A stretch of 57,966 nt of DNA, the filler included, from Sphacelaria rigidula (lineage: Eukaryota): NCBI GenBank assembly GCA_964200075.2. It is 8 parts of 8 records of this genome, joined end to end, with 100 filler letters (N's around TTAATTAATTAA, not from the genome) between each part and the next. Parts side by side here need not be neighbours in the genome. Positions count along the whole stretch, not along the records: positions 7,261 to 14,420 come from CAXNAA020016200.1; positions 14,521 to 21,679 come from CAXNAA020016201.1; positions 21,780 to 28,937 come from CAXNAA020016202.1; 5 more parts are not named here. One strand, given 5' to 3'. Made by a program: the position numbers and the translations under genes. Each line of letters begins with the position of its first letter. The stretch's first letter is position 1. Below the pieces are notes generated by a model. The model ran no database searches, was not told where the DNA came from, and worked only from the letters and a program-made list of their open reading frames with translations. This document shows positions 12,052 to 24,100 of the stretch, one piece after another.

Positions 12052-13269
12052 CTGTGATGGCATTGGTTCTAGTATACTTCTGTATCACGCAAGTACTCCC
12101 AATAACACTCCCTCGACTCGCGTAGTATGGCATTGTCAACATGGGCGAAGCTGCTGTTTTTCATTTTTTGCCATGTGCCCATTGATAGCCCACCTGAGGA
12201 GTCCTGCGGCAAAACGGTTTAATGGTTGTCGGTCTCGAACAGCTTTTACAATACATGTACCGACATCATGTCCACTACGAACTAAATTTCTCTTTCAGAT
12301 AAACGACCATTGGCTACATTCGATACGTTGGATGGTAAAAAATATATCATTTTGCTCGAAAGCAACACTTGATTGAAATTCGCATGTAGTGGGGATTAGT
12401 TACTACAATTAGCGACTATTAACATAATAACCTCAATACAACCGAGCGTCCTATACTATTGGACAAGCTGATCCGACTACAGCGGGATTGCCTGCGTTGT
12501 ATGCTCAACATCGTCCACAAGAAGCCACAGCACTTACTGTTGGCATGCACCCATTGTACGTGTTTATTGCGCGAAAATACAGCAGCTGCCATGCTGCGAG
12601 CAACAGGCACTACTGCGTATTTTGTTGTTCCGGGTAATTCCGCTTTGTGGACGCTTGGTTTCATACCCTCAAATCATTAGCCATACGTGTGCATGTACCT
12701 TTTCATTTGAATCCAGGGGCATCAAGATAAGTCGAACGCCGCGACATGCTCATCTTCTGACGACACTAACCATCGAGAACACGGAATCCAGAGCAGTATA
12801 TTTCGCTGTGCTGTGCACCTATTGAACGAACCTTCTGCCTGTTTGCGATAACTGACGCGATCTTGGCTGACGGACAACGGGAGAATGCTACAGATGCATC
12901 TCCATATCTCCATAGGAATGCTACAGATATATCTCCATAGGAATGCTACAGGGTGATTTTGCTGACACCCGTGGGTAAAACGCAGCCAATCAAAAGTCCG
13001 TTCAGATACTGTAGCACAGCAGCCTAACGCAGTCCTGGGGAGGTTGCCTGTACGCTGGCACCACTCGATTACTCCCCCACCTCGAGGATACGCCGACAAA
13101 AAATCCCGCCCGACTCTGCGATGAGCGCAAGTACTTACTAAAGGACGGCCCATGACAAACAAAACGAGAATGGGCGCTTGCGGCAGTGGTTGGGACCATT
13201 TTTAAACTACCGACCAGTTTGCCACCTAGAACCAGAAGGCAAACGTTCCCGCATTGTGCTGGAAGGGTA

Positions 13270-13330
13270 CGAGCTGGGCCAGCCTAGAAACGAATTTAAG
13301 CTCTCAAAGCAAATATCTCATCGACACAGA
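13270..13330 (+). mobile_element. MITE end sharing the family-A TIR (subfamily B)
   Basis: TA|CGAGCTGGGCCAGCCTAGAAACGAATTTAAGCTCT...CATCGACACAG; reverse-complement copy at 43553-43611. The other end was not found. Confidence 0.7.
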
Positions 13331-14259
13331 CAAGTTGGGCCATTATCCGCACATCGTTCTAATCATTTAATCAAGGGGAATGTGGCCATGTGCTCAAAAC
13401 TTTAGGCCAACATTTTCTCGTTGATTAAACCCCATGTCTAGTGATTCCTGCAGGTCGTATACCGTACGGAGATAGCGTCCACACTAAAATCTATATGAAA
13501 CCTCACACGATACATTCGGCGGATGATGACTATTTTTGGTGTGGACCTTTCCTGGAGCACGGGGAGACGATATATACCCTCACCTTCAACTAATTCGTAA
13601 TCTATCTCGAGGTATGGCGCACATAAGTTTACATACTAAAATCCATATATTACGGGGCAGACGCACTAGATGCCCTAAATCTGGATATCACGTCTCAGTT
13701 TTCGAGAGTTGTGCTGTGAAATTTCGTACGGATAACCGCTAGTGTACACTAAAATAAACGAAACAGCTTTTTGCCTTTGTTTTCCTTCTTTCTTCATTTT
13801 TTTTTCATTTTTTTCGTGTCTTGAGTGGAGTTTTGAGGACAAAATGAACATTGCTCTTGGGCCGGATCTCAATTTTTTAGCTCAATTTTTAGAATTGTGA
13901 TTTGAAACTTAGAGAACCACGAAGATGTGCCGGGAAAAAAAAAAGATGGGCCCTCATATTTTTTTTCATGGAGGTTAGGGCGTTCTCGTGAAAAAATGAT
14001 CTTTAGCACACTAGAACGCCCTACGAGTAAGGGCGCTCCTCATGACAGACAAGAAAGAAAATCTGTAACAGTGCCTTAATGGAGCTTCCACGTCGTTTTC
14101 GCCCTTGAAGAGCGCTTGGCGGAGTTTGACACCTCGGAACGACTTGCCCGACTAGTTGAGACGGTTCCAGGACATCTTCCCGTTTTCCGGTGGCCGCAGC
14201 TTTCATTTTGGCCCAACAAGATTTTTCTTCCAAGCACGGTCGAAAACAGTCAAATCTAG

Positions 14260-14420
14260 AAATACTAGCCCACGCGTCAATTAACGCCAGCACAAGAAGC
14301 GGGTATGAGAAAAAGTTCGAAACGTGGTCGGAGTGGAGGGCCCGCCGAGAAAAGCCCGTATATATGTCAAGAACCGACGGCGAGGCTAGCGCGGTCATCG
14401 ATATCACTGAATCTATTGCG
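14260..14420 (+). mobile_element. Putative N-terminal fragment of a tyrosine recombinase (DIRS/Ngaro/Crypton-like), truncated by the contig end
   Basis: LAHASINASTRSGYEKKFETWSEWR fits the S-x3-ST-x3-Y-x3-F/W-x2-W pattern of the core-binding domain of eukaryotic YR elements. Catalytic residues are not in view. Confidence 0.45.
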
Positions 14421-16242
14421 NNNNNNNNNNNNNNNNNNNNNNNNNNNNNNNNNNNNNNNNNNNNTTAATTAATTAANNNNNNNNNNNNNNNNNNNNNNNN
14501 NNNNNNNNNNNNNNNNNNNNCCCCTCCTCCCCTGTTTCCATTGCTCGATAATAGCAGGTGCCACTTGTTGAGTAGTAGCAATCAAGACGCTCACCAGCGT
14601 TGCACTACGGAACACAACACCCACCCCCGGGAATGCCACGACTTGGTGCGTTCCACGTTTTGTCGGGAGCTAGTTGGTCTGTTGAAGCGCGCCCGTGCTG
14701 TTCTCGCCTGTGAATGCGCTTACCGTTATATCTGGCGACTTGGTACTTTACAACCCCGCTGGGAACAGCTGGAGAAGCAGAACATGTACGCTTGACACGC
14801 CCAGAAGCATTGCGGTTTCGCTGCCCCCAGAGCCAGAAAGCCAGAAGCTTAACTTGACTTGAGTATGGGCCAACTAATTACCTGAATCAAGCAAAGTCAA
14901 TCATAATACCTTAAATATAGCGGGATCATTCTAAATACCGTACAATATCTGCGAGAACTTGATTTTAGAATACATGTATTTAATTACTTGGATTCGGTAT
15001 ACAGAATCAACTACACGACCTCAACATGGGCGGTCGAAAAATAACTTGGATTAAGTATAGATCATATTATATTGTTGTTCTTAGAATACAGTGCGGTGAG
15101 ACTAAACCCCACACAAAAGCGATAACTACTTGGCTCGATACTGTGAAGGCCTAATGACTTTAGTTCAGTATACAGGTGCATCATCTCTTCGACTATAGTA
15201 CAGAAAGTCTATGATGATCGCTAGGATCAACTATGGCCAACTAAAATACATGAACTCAGTGTGGTCAGTCTAGATTCCATACAATAACGACATATCCATG
15301 CTGGTAACAATACGTCGAGAGCGGACGAGATTTCCTGTTTACCCCCCCCCCCTGAAAAATATAAACCAAATTTGAACGGCGTAGGCTACGACGTCTTTAA
15401 AACGTTGACGGGCACCCCTGGTTAGGTGCGCATGACCGCACACATTTTGAGATGTGCTCAGCGAAAATAAAACCTTGACCCGACGATCCAAATGTTCGCT
15501 GTCGTCAATATCTGAGGGGAGTGACAGACAGGTGATAGCTGCTGGTAATGACGGAAAATACGCTGCATCCCTGGACTCGTCGAGGAGGCGTACTCAGCGA
15601 CGAATTTACTCTGAGGCGTGCTACATCGAAAGTTGTATTTTCAAGGAGAAAACATTCGACACCTGAGACTTCGTTTTTATCTTCGTCGTTGAGATCATGA
15701 GCCGCGGTGATGCAGACGTTATCGCTACAACATATTTTCCGCCCATCTATAACGTGCTGGGAATGAGCGCCAACCGCAGCTTATCGCGTTTACTTGTGAA
15801 CAGTTTGATGGCTGAAAGTTCGTGAATCATTAATTCATTCGGTTTACAATGGTACTTTGTAGTATCCGCACCCTGACGCCATGCGACAGGAGTCTTTCGG
15901 GATTTTTTTTCTAGAAAGACCTTTCTAATATTATCGTTTTTGGTATATTCTGTTTATGCTCTCCTTGTTTCTTTCATGCTATCCTCTTCTCGAGTTTTCC
16001 CTAACGGGTACTTCTATGTATGTGCTTTGAACGTCTATTTTCTATCTAATGACCACTGCTGGATCCGTGGTGGATCAATTTGATGTACTGCAGTCAATCA
16101 ATCAATCACTCGATCGATGGATCAATCAATCAAAAACAGTAAAAAGGGTTTCACGAGTCACTGTGTATCGGGGGCTGCGGGCTATCATGGAACAAAAAGC
16201 GATGATTGCTAGTTTCAAATCTTCGAAAACGAAAATTGCATG

Positions 16243-16743
16243 CGTCGGACGAGTCATTACTCATCGAAACGAGTGCACTCGTAGATGTTTTTTGAAAACA
16301 CAACGAGCATGACTGGTGTGCTCGAGTCAAGAATATTTTTTACAACGAGAAATGACTCGTTGCTCGAGTAATTCAGTTTTTTACAACGAGCAATGACCCG
16401 TGTGCTCGAGTCATTAACTTTTTTCCACAACGAGCAATGACTCATGTGCTCGCTCCATTAATTGTTTTCCACAACGAGCAATGACTCGAGTGCTCGCCCC
16501 ATTAATTTTTTTCCATATCGAGCAATGACTCGAGTGCTCGCCCTATTAATGTTTTCCACAACGAGCAATGACTCGAGTACTCGACTTATTCATTTTTCCA
16601 CAACGAGCAATGACTCGAGTACTAGCCCCGATAATGTTTACCACAACGAGCAATGACTCGAGTGCTCGCCCTATTAGCTTTTACGACCAACCAGCAGCCC
16701 GACGATTGCTAGTGCCACGAGTCATACTCATGCTCGTCCGACG
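16243..16743. mobile_element. 501-bp TIR-bounded element containing a tandem array
   Basis: Perfect 11-bp inverted ends CGTCGGACGAG (16243-16253) and CTCGTCCGACG (16733-16743). Confidence 0.6.
16301..16690. repeat. Minisatellite, 9 units of 41-44 bp, consensus CAACGAGCAATGACTCGAGTGCTCG + variable AT-rich linker
   Basis: Unit starts at about 16301, 16343, 16384, 16428, 16472, 16516, 16559, 16601 and 16644. Confidence 0.92.
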
Positions 16744-17049
16744 TGTGGGAAATTGACCACTGAGACTTGGCCGTCATTGCCGTACAACGAGGCGACGCGA
16801 TGCTTCCTCGATTCAACAAGTCGACCTTATTCTTGGTCAACTGATGAATAACTGTAATCGTCCCTAAAGGCTATTCAACACACGAACGCAGGTGAGTCAA
16901 TCAATCCCATAAAACCGTACATGCAATGGCTGCCGGTTCGCTGAAGGGTCTACTCTTGTCAGCCAGGTAACCGAGGAGTAATACGCACTCCGAAGTATCA
17001 ACTCTGTGGGTAGTCTATCTGGTTGCCTTCCCTGACTTTTCTTCCTCGC

Positions 17050-17169
17050 CTGTGTTCGCTCCTGTAATTTGCCGAGGTTGATTCGCGTCTCCTCTAACGC
17101 CTTCGACTGCTCCAACAGGGTGGCCTTCAGCTCTTGGTCTTTGGTTGTTTCCACAGCAAGGCGGGCAAC
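17050..17169 (-). CDS. Coiled-coil protein exon VARLAVETTKDQELKATLLEQSKALEETRINLGKLQERTQ
   Basis: GCAG acceptor, phase 0, heptad-like E/K/L content. The 3' end assumes a CAG|GCGAGG (GC) donor. Confidence 0.65.
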
Positions 17170-17929
17170 CTGCTGACAAGAGATCGCGGAGATATTTATA
17201 GTGCGACATACCTTGAAGCTCGACCTTGGCACGAACACAGACGTACCCGCGCGCCATCCGACACGTGCTTGAGATGAGTAATTTCTATTCTTGCTCTAGG
17301 ATGATGATCTATGGACGGCCACATTCCAGCGAACCCCCCCTCCTCCCCCCCACCCCGCGATTTTCGCGTACTGAACCCTACGAAATGATGGGGAGGGTTT
17401 TCTAGCATCACAGCATCATTGGGAGTTGCGGTGCGACTGGATAGGGTACAGCAATCATGGCCCGCGGCATCGGGAGGCAAATTACCCCATACTCATTCCC
17501 CCTCGGCCCCAGGGCGGGGTGGCGTGGCGATCGAATACCGTCGAAATACCCGCGGTAACAAATATGCGTACTTCTTAGGAAGGGATGTGCTTGTGAAGCA
17601 GAGGGGAGGAAGTGGCTGCCCACCGGGTCCAACATAGCTAGATTCCCCGCTGTCGGTGGTCGATTGACTGTTCTCGAGGTGGGGCATCAAGATTATCTGT
17701 CTGCGCGCACGAATATGCCCAGCTTGGCCAGGCAAATGAAACTACATGCAATGCGAGCTGAGTGAATCAAGATATGAGTAATTATCAACGACAACAGATG
17801 GGCCATGAACGGGATGAAGGAGACAGGACAAATCGTGCAGGTCCACCCGTAATCCTTAGTCTACTGGGTACCAGTACGGCGGTGCTTTTTTCGGAAACAG
17901 TCAAAAACATACTGTCTCATCATGTTTAC

Positions 17930-18016
17930 GTCTGCTTTGAAGCTATCCACAGTACCGCGAAGGCGTTCCATCTCCGGATTGACGATGGAGCTGTTTTCCT
18001 CCATTAGCTCCTCCAG
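17930..18016 (-). CDS. Coiled-coil protein exon LEELMEENSSIVNPEMERLRGTVDSFKAD (possibly CCDC146/MBO2-like)
   Basis: CCCTCACAG acceptor, GAC|GTAAAC donor, 87 nt, phase 0/0, in frame with the neighbouring exons. The family guess is from recall only. Confidence 0.7.
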
Positions 18017-18240
18017 CTGTGAGGGTTCGCCCAGTTCGTTGGTAACACAACATTCAGTGTCATAGCGTGTACAACACCATCCGCGAGGTGAAGGGCAAAA
18101 ATATCAGCGCGGATGTAGTGCGGGGAATATCATGGATACACAGGCGTCAAGATCTCGATGAATCCATTTCGATACACGGTGAGGCTACTGTGCCGCTTTA
18201 GCTGTAGGCTGCCGCCCTTTTGTTCACACACACTTGTTTT

Positions 18241-18490
18241 TTGTCACAAATTGAACCCCTCCCCTTCCTCGGAACAAGTCCTTCGTCTTGAGGGATCAAC
18301 CCATCTCTTCCCCGGCACACGCCTGGTATTTTGGTCTCGCGAATTGGATAATGACCACTCCCGCACCGCGTCGACTGTTGTCCAACAAACTCAGCGATAC
18401 AGACTCTTGCTGCTACTCACGTACGTCCTCACGTACGTCCTCACGCTTTTAACGACGGAAATCAGACACCAAGCTCAAGCGCATCTGGCG
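18241..18490 (-). mobile_element. SINE family 2 copy (intronic)
   Basis: Reverse-complement similarity to 42000-42212 (cgcggtgcgggagtg...gccggg.aga...gggttgatcc...ccgaggaagggga). Other copies at 7261-7330, 44037-44110, 44120-44320 and ~50300-50610. Confidence 0.7.
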
Positions 18491-19537
18491 GGAATGCGGT
18501 GCTACGGCAGGAGTGTACAAATATTTACTGAGGTCCGAAATTGCTAGAGGCCCTTTATGTCATCCAAAAAATGGCCTATGAAATATGTGAAAATACGCCA
18601 CGGTTAGCATTCGAATGTGCTAGGGGTATCCCGAATAAATTTGAGAATGGGAACGCCCCTGATTCCCATTTTTGTATAGTTCCTCACTTTAGGAGCCCCT
18701 GAGTGAGAAAGATCTGGGATATCACGAACGAATCTGAAACCAAGAGTATCCTGATCCGTATTGTTCTGTAGCTCCCAACTGTAGGAACCCCTGGATGAGC
18801 AAGATCTGGGTCCAAATGTGCAACCCCTACCGTAGTATTACTCCCCGCTGTATTTCCACCCTAATAGTGTCAGTTGGATTATCTTAATTTACACCATCGA
18901 GACGCGGCGGCTTACTTCCGCCGAGCTAAATTATAGAAAAGATACAACTGATGGGAGATTGCACTGGCTTATAAGTCATGCACCTGCCGTCGCCTTTCAA
19001 CGAGCTTCACTACGCTCCGAGAAAATTAAATGCCGTTTTCAAGACAATCGATTTTTCTTGTCTTCTCTGCAGTTAGTTCTTCACAGACACCATGCGATCG
19101 GGGGATCTACGCTAGATATGCGCACCCACGCGACGATCACGTGTTCACGTGACACCGCGTGCCCGCCTTACCTGATAGCTCAAGTCGTCGGACGTCGCGT
19201 GTAGTTCGCCAACCTCGTATCTGTCCGATGGCAAGGACGACAAAAATTGGCGTGGCACATATGCTCACCGACAAAGTCCGGGTGGGAAAACCGCGAATGG
19301 GACCGTGGCGTACGTAACGGTTCGTGCTGCCGCGTGACTCTGCCGCAAGCGCAGAGCAACGCTAAAACTTGCGCGGAAGCAGTGAAGCCATGGGATGGAT
19401 AAAACCTCAGAAACGCATATATCCATGCGGATGTGTTCGCATTGTGTAATTCGTTTGCATTGCAATACATGCTACGAGAAAGCGTGGCGATCCAGATTTT
19501 TCCGTGCATGAGTCAAGCGCTACTTTTCTCGCCTCAC

Positions 19538-19642
19538 TGTGGTTTCCGTGCGCTCCACCCCCTGAAGTTCAGCAGCCAAGGCTTCTCGCCGTTCTTCATA
19601 ATCCCGCACTTCTTCTAGAGTGCTGTCGTGTGTTGCTCGCAC
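19538..19642 (-). CDS. Coiled-coil protein exon VRATHDSTLEEVRDYEERREALAAELQGVERTETT
   Basis: ATGCAG acceptor, ACA|GTGAGG donor, 105 nt, phase 0/0. Confidence 0.65.
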
Positions 19643-20791
19643 CTGCATCGACCAGAGGAGTATGGTGCGCGCGTGTGTGTGCGAGGGTGTTCCTTGTGAG
19701 ACGTGAGTAGCGATACCGTGACATGTAGGAAGGATACACACAAAATCAACACGACAAAACGAACGGGGGCACTAGGAAGAACGGATCGAGAGATCTAAAT
19801 ACGAGGGTTTGGCGTTGCAATGGTATCGCCTCCAACAACACTTTTGCTTTTCTCCCCCATCACATTTTTATCCTCTTCTCTTCCTCGGGACGAGCCCATG
19901 GTCTCAAAGGTTTGGCCTATCTCTTCCCCACCACCATGATATTATCATGTAAAATGGAAGAATACCATAACAGCACAATGGGGGCGTGACGGACATTCCA
20001 CGAGGATACCACCACGGCCATGGTATCTGATAGAATGAAAGATTTACGATGACCAGCTATTATGTGGCTAGCTATGTCATTGTCTTTCATGAATCTGTCA
20101 TGGGACGGTGTGGTCAGGGAAGTCTCCGCCCTGGCAATGGAGATCCGATGAAAATCTATCTTGACTGTCGACGTAATTAAACGCGAACAAAAACAAGCCT
20201 GGTCGTGGCGTGGTGAACGAACTTCAAACGACGTGTGCATCTGTATAATCTACTCGTTCGTTCATGCTTGCAGAATGCGTGCAGAATTCCTGTCGTCCTG
20301 TGGTCATGCTTTCTCCGTGACAACATCATGATCGTCTGATGCATTCCCCCCGTGGTACAAGTGTCACGGCCGTATCATGAACATATCACGATGCTAGCAT
20401 GGCATTCCCCCTGGGAAAGGTGCAGGCCATGGAAAACGTGGCAACGAACATCGTCATCGGGAACGAGCGCTTCCGATAATCCGAGGTGGGTTTTGTCCGT
20501 CACGTTTTTCAGCTGTGGGTTTCGTTTTGGTTGTCTCCAGGAGAACCGAATGAGGTTCGAGCACCTGCGTACTGTGCAGCTGTTCAGGATCTGGCCGGTT
20601 GTGTTTTTCGAAGCCAATTTCGGCGATTCTCAGTTGACACAGGTACAGAGCCCAAACAGGAAATGACTTCTGCAAAAGCGGTCGGACAGTGTATGGGACG
20701 AGTGATACGATCAACAGAGCTCAGTGAAAAACTGCGATCTGGGGGCATGTATTACCAAATTACTTCCGTATACAATGTACCACTGGTTGAG

Positions 20792-21157
20792 CCGATCGCC
20801 CCGGTGGCTCAGCTGGTAACTTCGAATCCTTCTGACGGTTGAATCGTGGCTTCGAATCTCGTTGTAGTCACACGATCTTGGATTTTTTCTTACACCATAC
20901 CCGACAGTGGAAGGCGGCTATATCGTGGGTACACGAAACGTCGACTTCACGGTCGACGAGGGAAAGGGACGGCTGAACCCCTCTCGCGATAAAAAGTAAG
21001 GCGAGCATCGAAGAAGGAAGGTGGAGAACTAAAACAAGTAAGAAAGAAACACTCCTGTGTTGGCCTTCCTCCCGCGTGACCCCGGCTGGATCACCCACAT
21101 ACACCGAAAAGTATAGACTGGCGTCCAGAATAGATGGGATGATGAAACAACACACAC
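20792..21157 (+). mobile_element. tRNA-derived SINE family 1
   Basis: A box TGGCTCAGCTGG, B box-like GCTTCGAATCTC, ~300-bp body and (CA)-rich tail; full-length reverse copy at 46262-46642. Confidence 0.85.
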
Positions 21158-24100
21158 GGTAGTTGAAACTGCTCCATGAGACTATGATGGAAGTACCAAC
21201 CGACAATACACATACGGCACGGCCACAATAGTGCGGTGGTATCTACCCTTGTACGGGCTTCGTTGGTAGTACCATGGCACTGGCGTTGTACAGGCATGGT
21301 GCCCTCATGAAGGTATCATAAAACGGTCGGGCTGCTGTTGTACGTCCACGGCAAGGAGCGACATTGCGATCAGTAATGCCACGCCTAGCCAAATCCTCCT
21401 GTGTCCGACTCGGTGGTCCATAGCTAGTTCTGGAATCACAGCCCAACCGCCATTACCGTATTCGGGGCGGAACATTGCAACAAGGTTGGCCGCGATGACT
21501 TTGCTGTCGACTAGTCTTGAGTCCACATTATATCGTCAGGTGCACGAAGTCGTCGCTTTATTTTCGTTGTTGGTATCGTTACTGTCTATTTTTCTGTTTA
21601 CGACAAATTTTTGCTGGTTTGCTTGTGGGGTCGAAGCATCAGGATGGGAAGGAGGGGAGGGGTGTACTCATGATCATGCNNNNNNNNNNNNNNNNNNNNN
21701 NNNNNNNNNNNNNNNNNNNNNNNTTAATTAATTAANNNNNNNNNNNNNNNNNNNNNNNNNNNNNNNNNNNNNNNNNNNNCCCTCCCCCCGAAACATGATC
21801 ATGAGGGTGGTGTATCTACACACGAACGGCGATGCACCAAAATGTGCGAACGCATCGACAGAACGTATAAAATATCAAATATTTATTCCCGGCCGCCCGT
21901 TCCTCCACACCCGGAGATAAAACCGCTTCAAGCTTTCCCCAAATACGAAGGGGGTGGTATCTACCGTTCTGGCCCGTTACATATACATTTACACACGAAT
22001 GGCCATGTCCCCAACACGCTGGAGGCATTGCTCGGACATGTACACCCCATACTACTGGTATATGACCCTGTCCCCCCCCCCCATCTCCTTTCCCGGATAT
22101 GAAATCAACCGACCCTACCCGAACAATATCAGCGGGAAGGGGGTGTTATTCAACGTTTCATTTATTTGCTACCGGGCAACAATTATTCTAAACATGTGAC
22201 CGGTACTGGTGGAAAGCCCACAATTCATCAATAGTAGTTTGCTTTTGGTCTTCTCAGTAAGACTAAAGGCACCCTGAGGGAGACACTGTCGCATCCTCTC
22301 AGCGCGTACGCGCAAGGAGCATCGTCTACGTATTATCCCCCGGGTGCAGGAAAGTTGTTGCCGGATGCCCGTGGTCTGACGAAGTATTCGGCGTCGAGCA
22401 CATTGATAAGCAGATCCACGGTGCATAATTTCAGGCCCTTTCCCCTGATCCGTGGTGTCTTCTGCGCACTCAGCGATTGTTTTTTGGTGTTGCACAGGAT
22501 TAGTACAGGATCAATGCCCTTGTGATTGCCCACCCGCCCGTCCGGCGCATCCCCACCCAGCCACTACTGTCATTTTGACTTGTGATGGACCTTGCACGGA
22601 CAAGGGATTTCGAAGTAAGGTACGTCGACAAGTGTCAACACTTCTTCGTACATACACCGCGCAAACAACATCGAACTGCGTTCTCGAACGAAAACAAGGC
22701 CATGCTACTGTACATTCGCCGATTAAAACGTTCGGCGGCATGTAATGTTAGTGGTGCAACACAGATACCAGCATTCAATTCTGAGCTTCACAAACGGTGT
22801 TGCTGAATGCATGAACAGCCACAGACCAAAGAGATTTGGTTCAGCGTGTTCGGGAAGCCTTTATCTGTGCTTGCTCGTGTCCACTGTATTGACGCAAACA
22901 TGTTCACACTTGTACAATCGACACGTGCGTGCTCTTCATACGTGCTCGAATCCCCACCGTTTTGTGCAGCAAACTCTGGCATCGATGGAGGCACGGGGAC
23001 GCGAGAACGTTCGGGAGGAAGCCTTCCAAATATTCGAGTCCGAGATGCAGAAAGATTGGACTGACGGTCGTTCCCCCCTGGGATTACCGCCTCCGGCGGA
23101 TAAAACTCCCACCCTCGGCTTGGCGTCGAGGCCAATTTTCGGTGACCAGTCGTCCCAGATCTTCTTCGTTCGGGCCCTGGCCCTAGTGGGGCGCAAGAAG
23201 CATCATTGAGGTCTTTATTTTTTTGCGGCTACATACTGTACTCCGCTGCGAGGGCGGGGGGCAGGGCGCGATGGGAGAAAATAGCTGGTGTGACACGAGT
23301 GATGGGGGGAAACCAAAGATGCACCATGCTAAAATAATACGACTCACGTATCAGGTCAACTTATTTTTCAGTGAATGCGGTCAACGTGGAATCATAGCTG
23401 CAAAATATCGGCGTCGGAATGTTTCCCAGCACTCAGCTTTCGCTTTTTTGTCAAGGAGAAATCTGAGTAGGTGAACGCTTGTTAATTGGGCGAGTTTTCG
23501 TGACCTCACCGGCATCAGGACGCGTCTTGACCGGACCTGCTTTTCTTTCCGGGGAAATATCATTTTGGCGCTTCACGCCTGGTGGGTAAATAAATGATGG
23601 TCAGACGCTAATCACAGGGAAACAACTGTCAATCACAGGATATGGATCGTCAAATGCGAATGTAAAGATGATTTTTAGGGTCTGGTTGACCCTTTAACCG
23701 CCAGCATGGCTCGTCTTTTGAATCGGCACCATTTTCATTCGAAATATGAACGCATGGCTCAGATGGCCTACCCTGGTGGTCAAAAGGTCAAGACGGGCTC
23801 TCACATCGATTGTTCAAGCGGCTTCATACGATTTTAATGAAACAGATGTCGAGAGTATTGACCGGAAACTTATCTGCTCGATCGAGCTCCTCGAGGATTT
23901 CCGTCCCTGAAAATTGTTTTCGTTATCATTGAGGAACCGTACCGGAAGATGTCTTCGCGTGGCACGGAGTGAAACAACCGGCGGGATTGCCGCCGAAAAG
24001 AGTGGCAGCGGACCAGACGGGTATCGCTAACCTTGATGTTGGTGGTATTTTCCCCTGTGGTGGAAGCCCACCACCTTGAGCGCTTCATTTGACATTCTTC

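Noticed and set aside
16301..16690. CRISPR array
   Set aside because: The linkers are only 16-19 nt and clearly related to each other, there are no cas genes, the context is eukaryotic and the array is bounded by TIRs.
20792..20870. Functional tRNA genes (also ~3200, ~26350, ~35420, ~41920, ~46600)
   Set aside because: They have A/B boxes but no convincing cloverleaf, and they are embedded in multi-copy SINE or MITE bodies.
22582..23209. Overlapping ORFs as a transposase or exon
   Set aside because: No motif or consistent splice signals that I can support.
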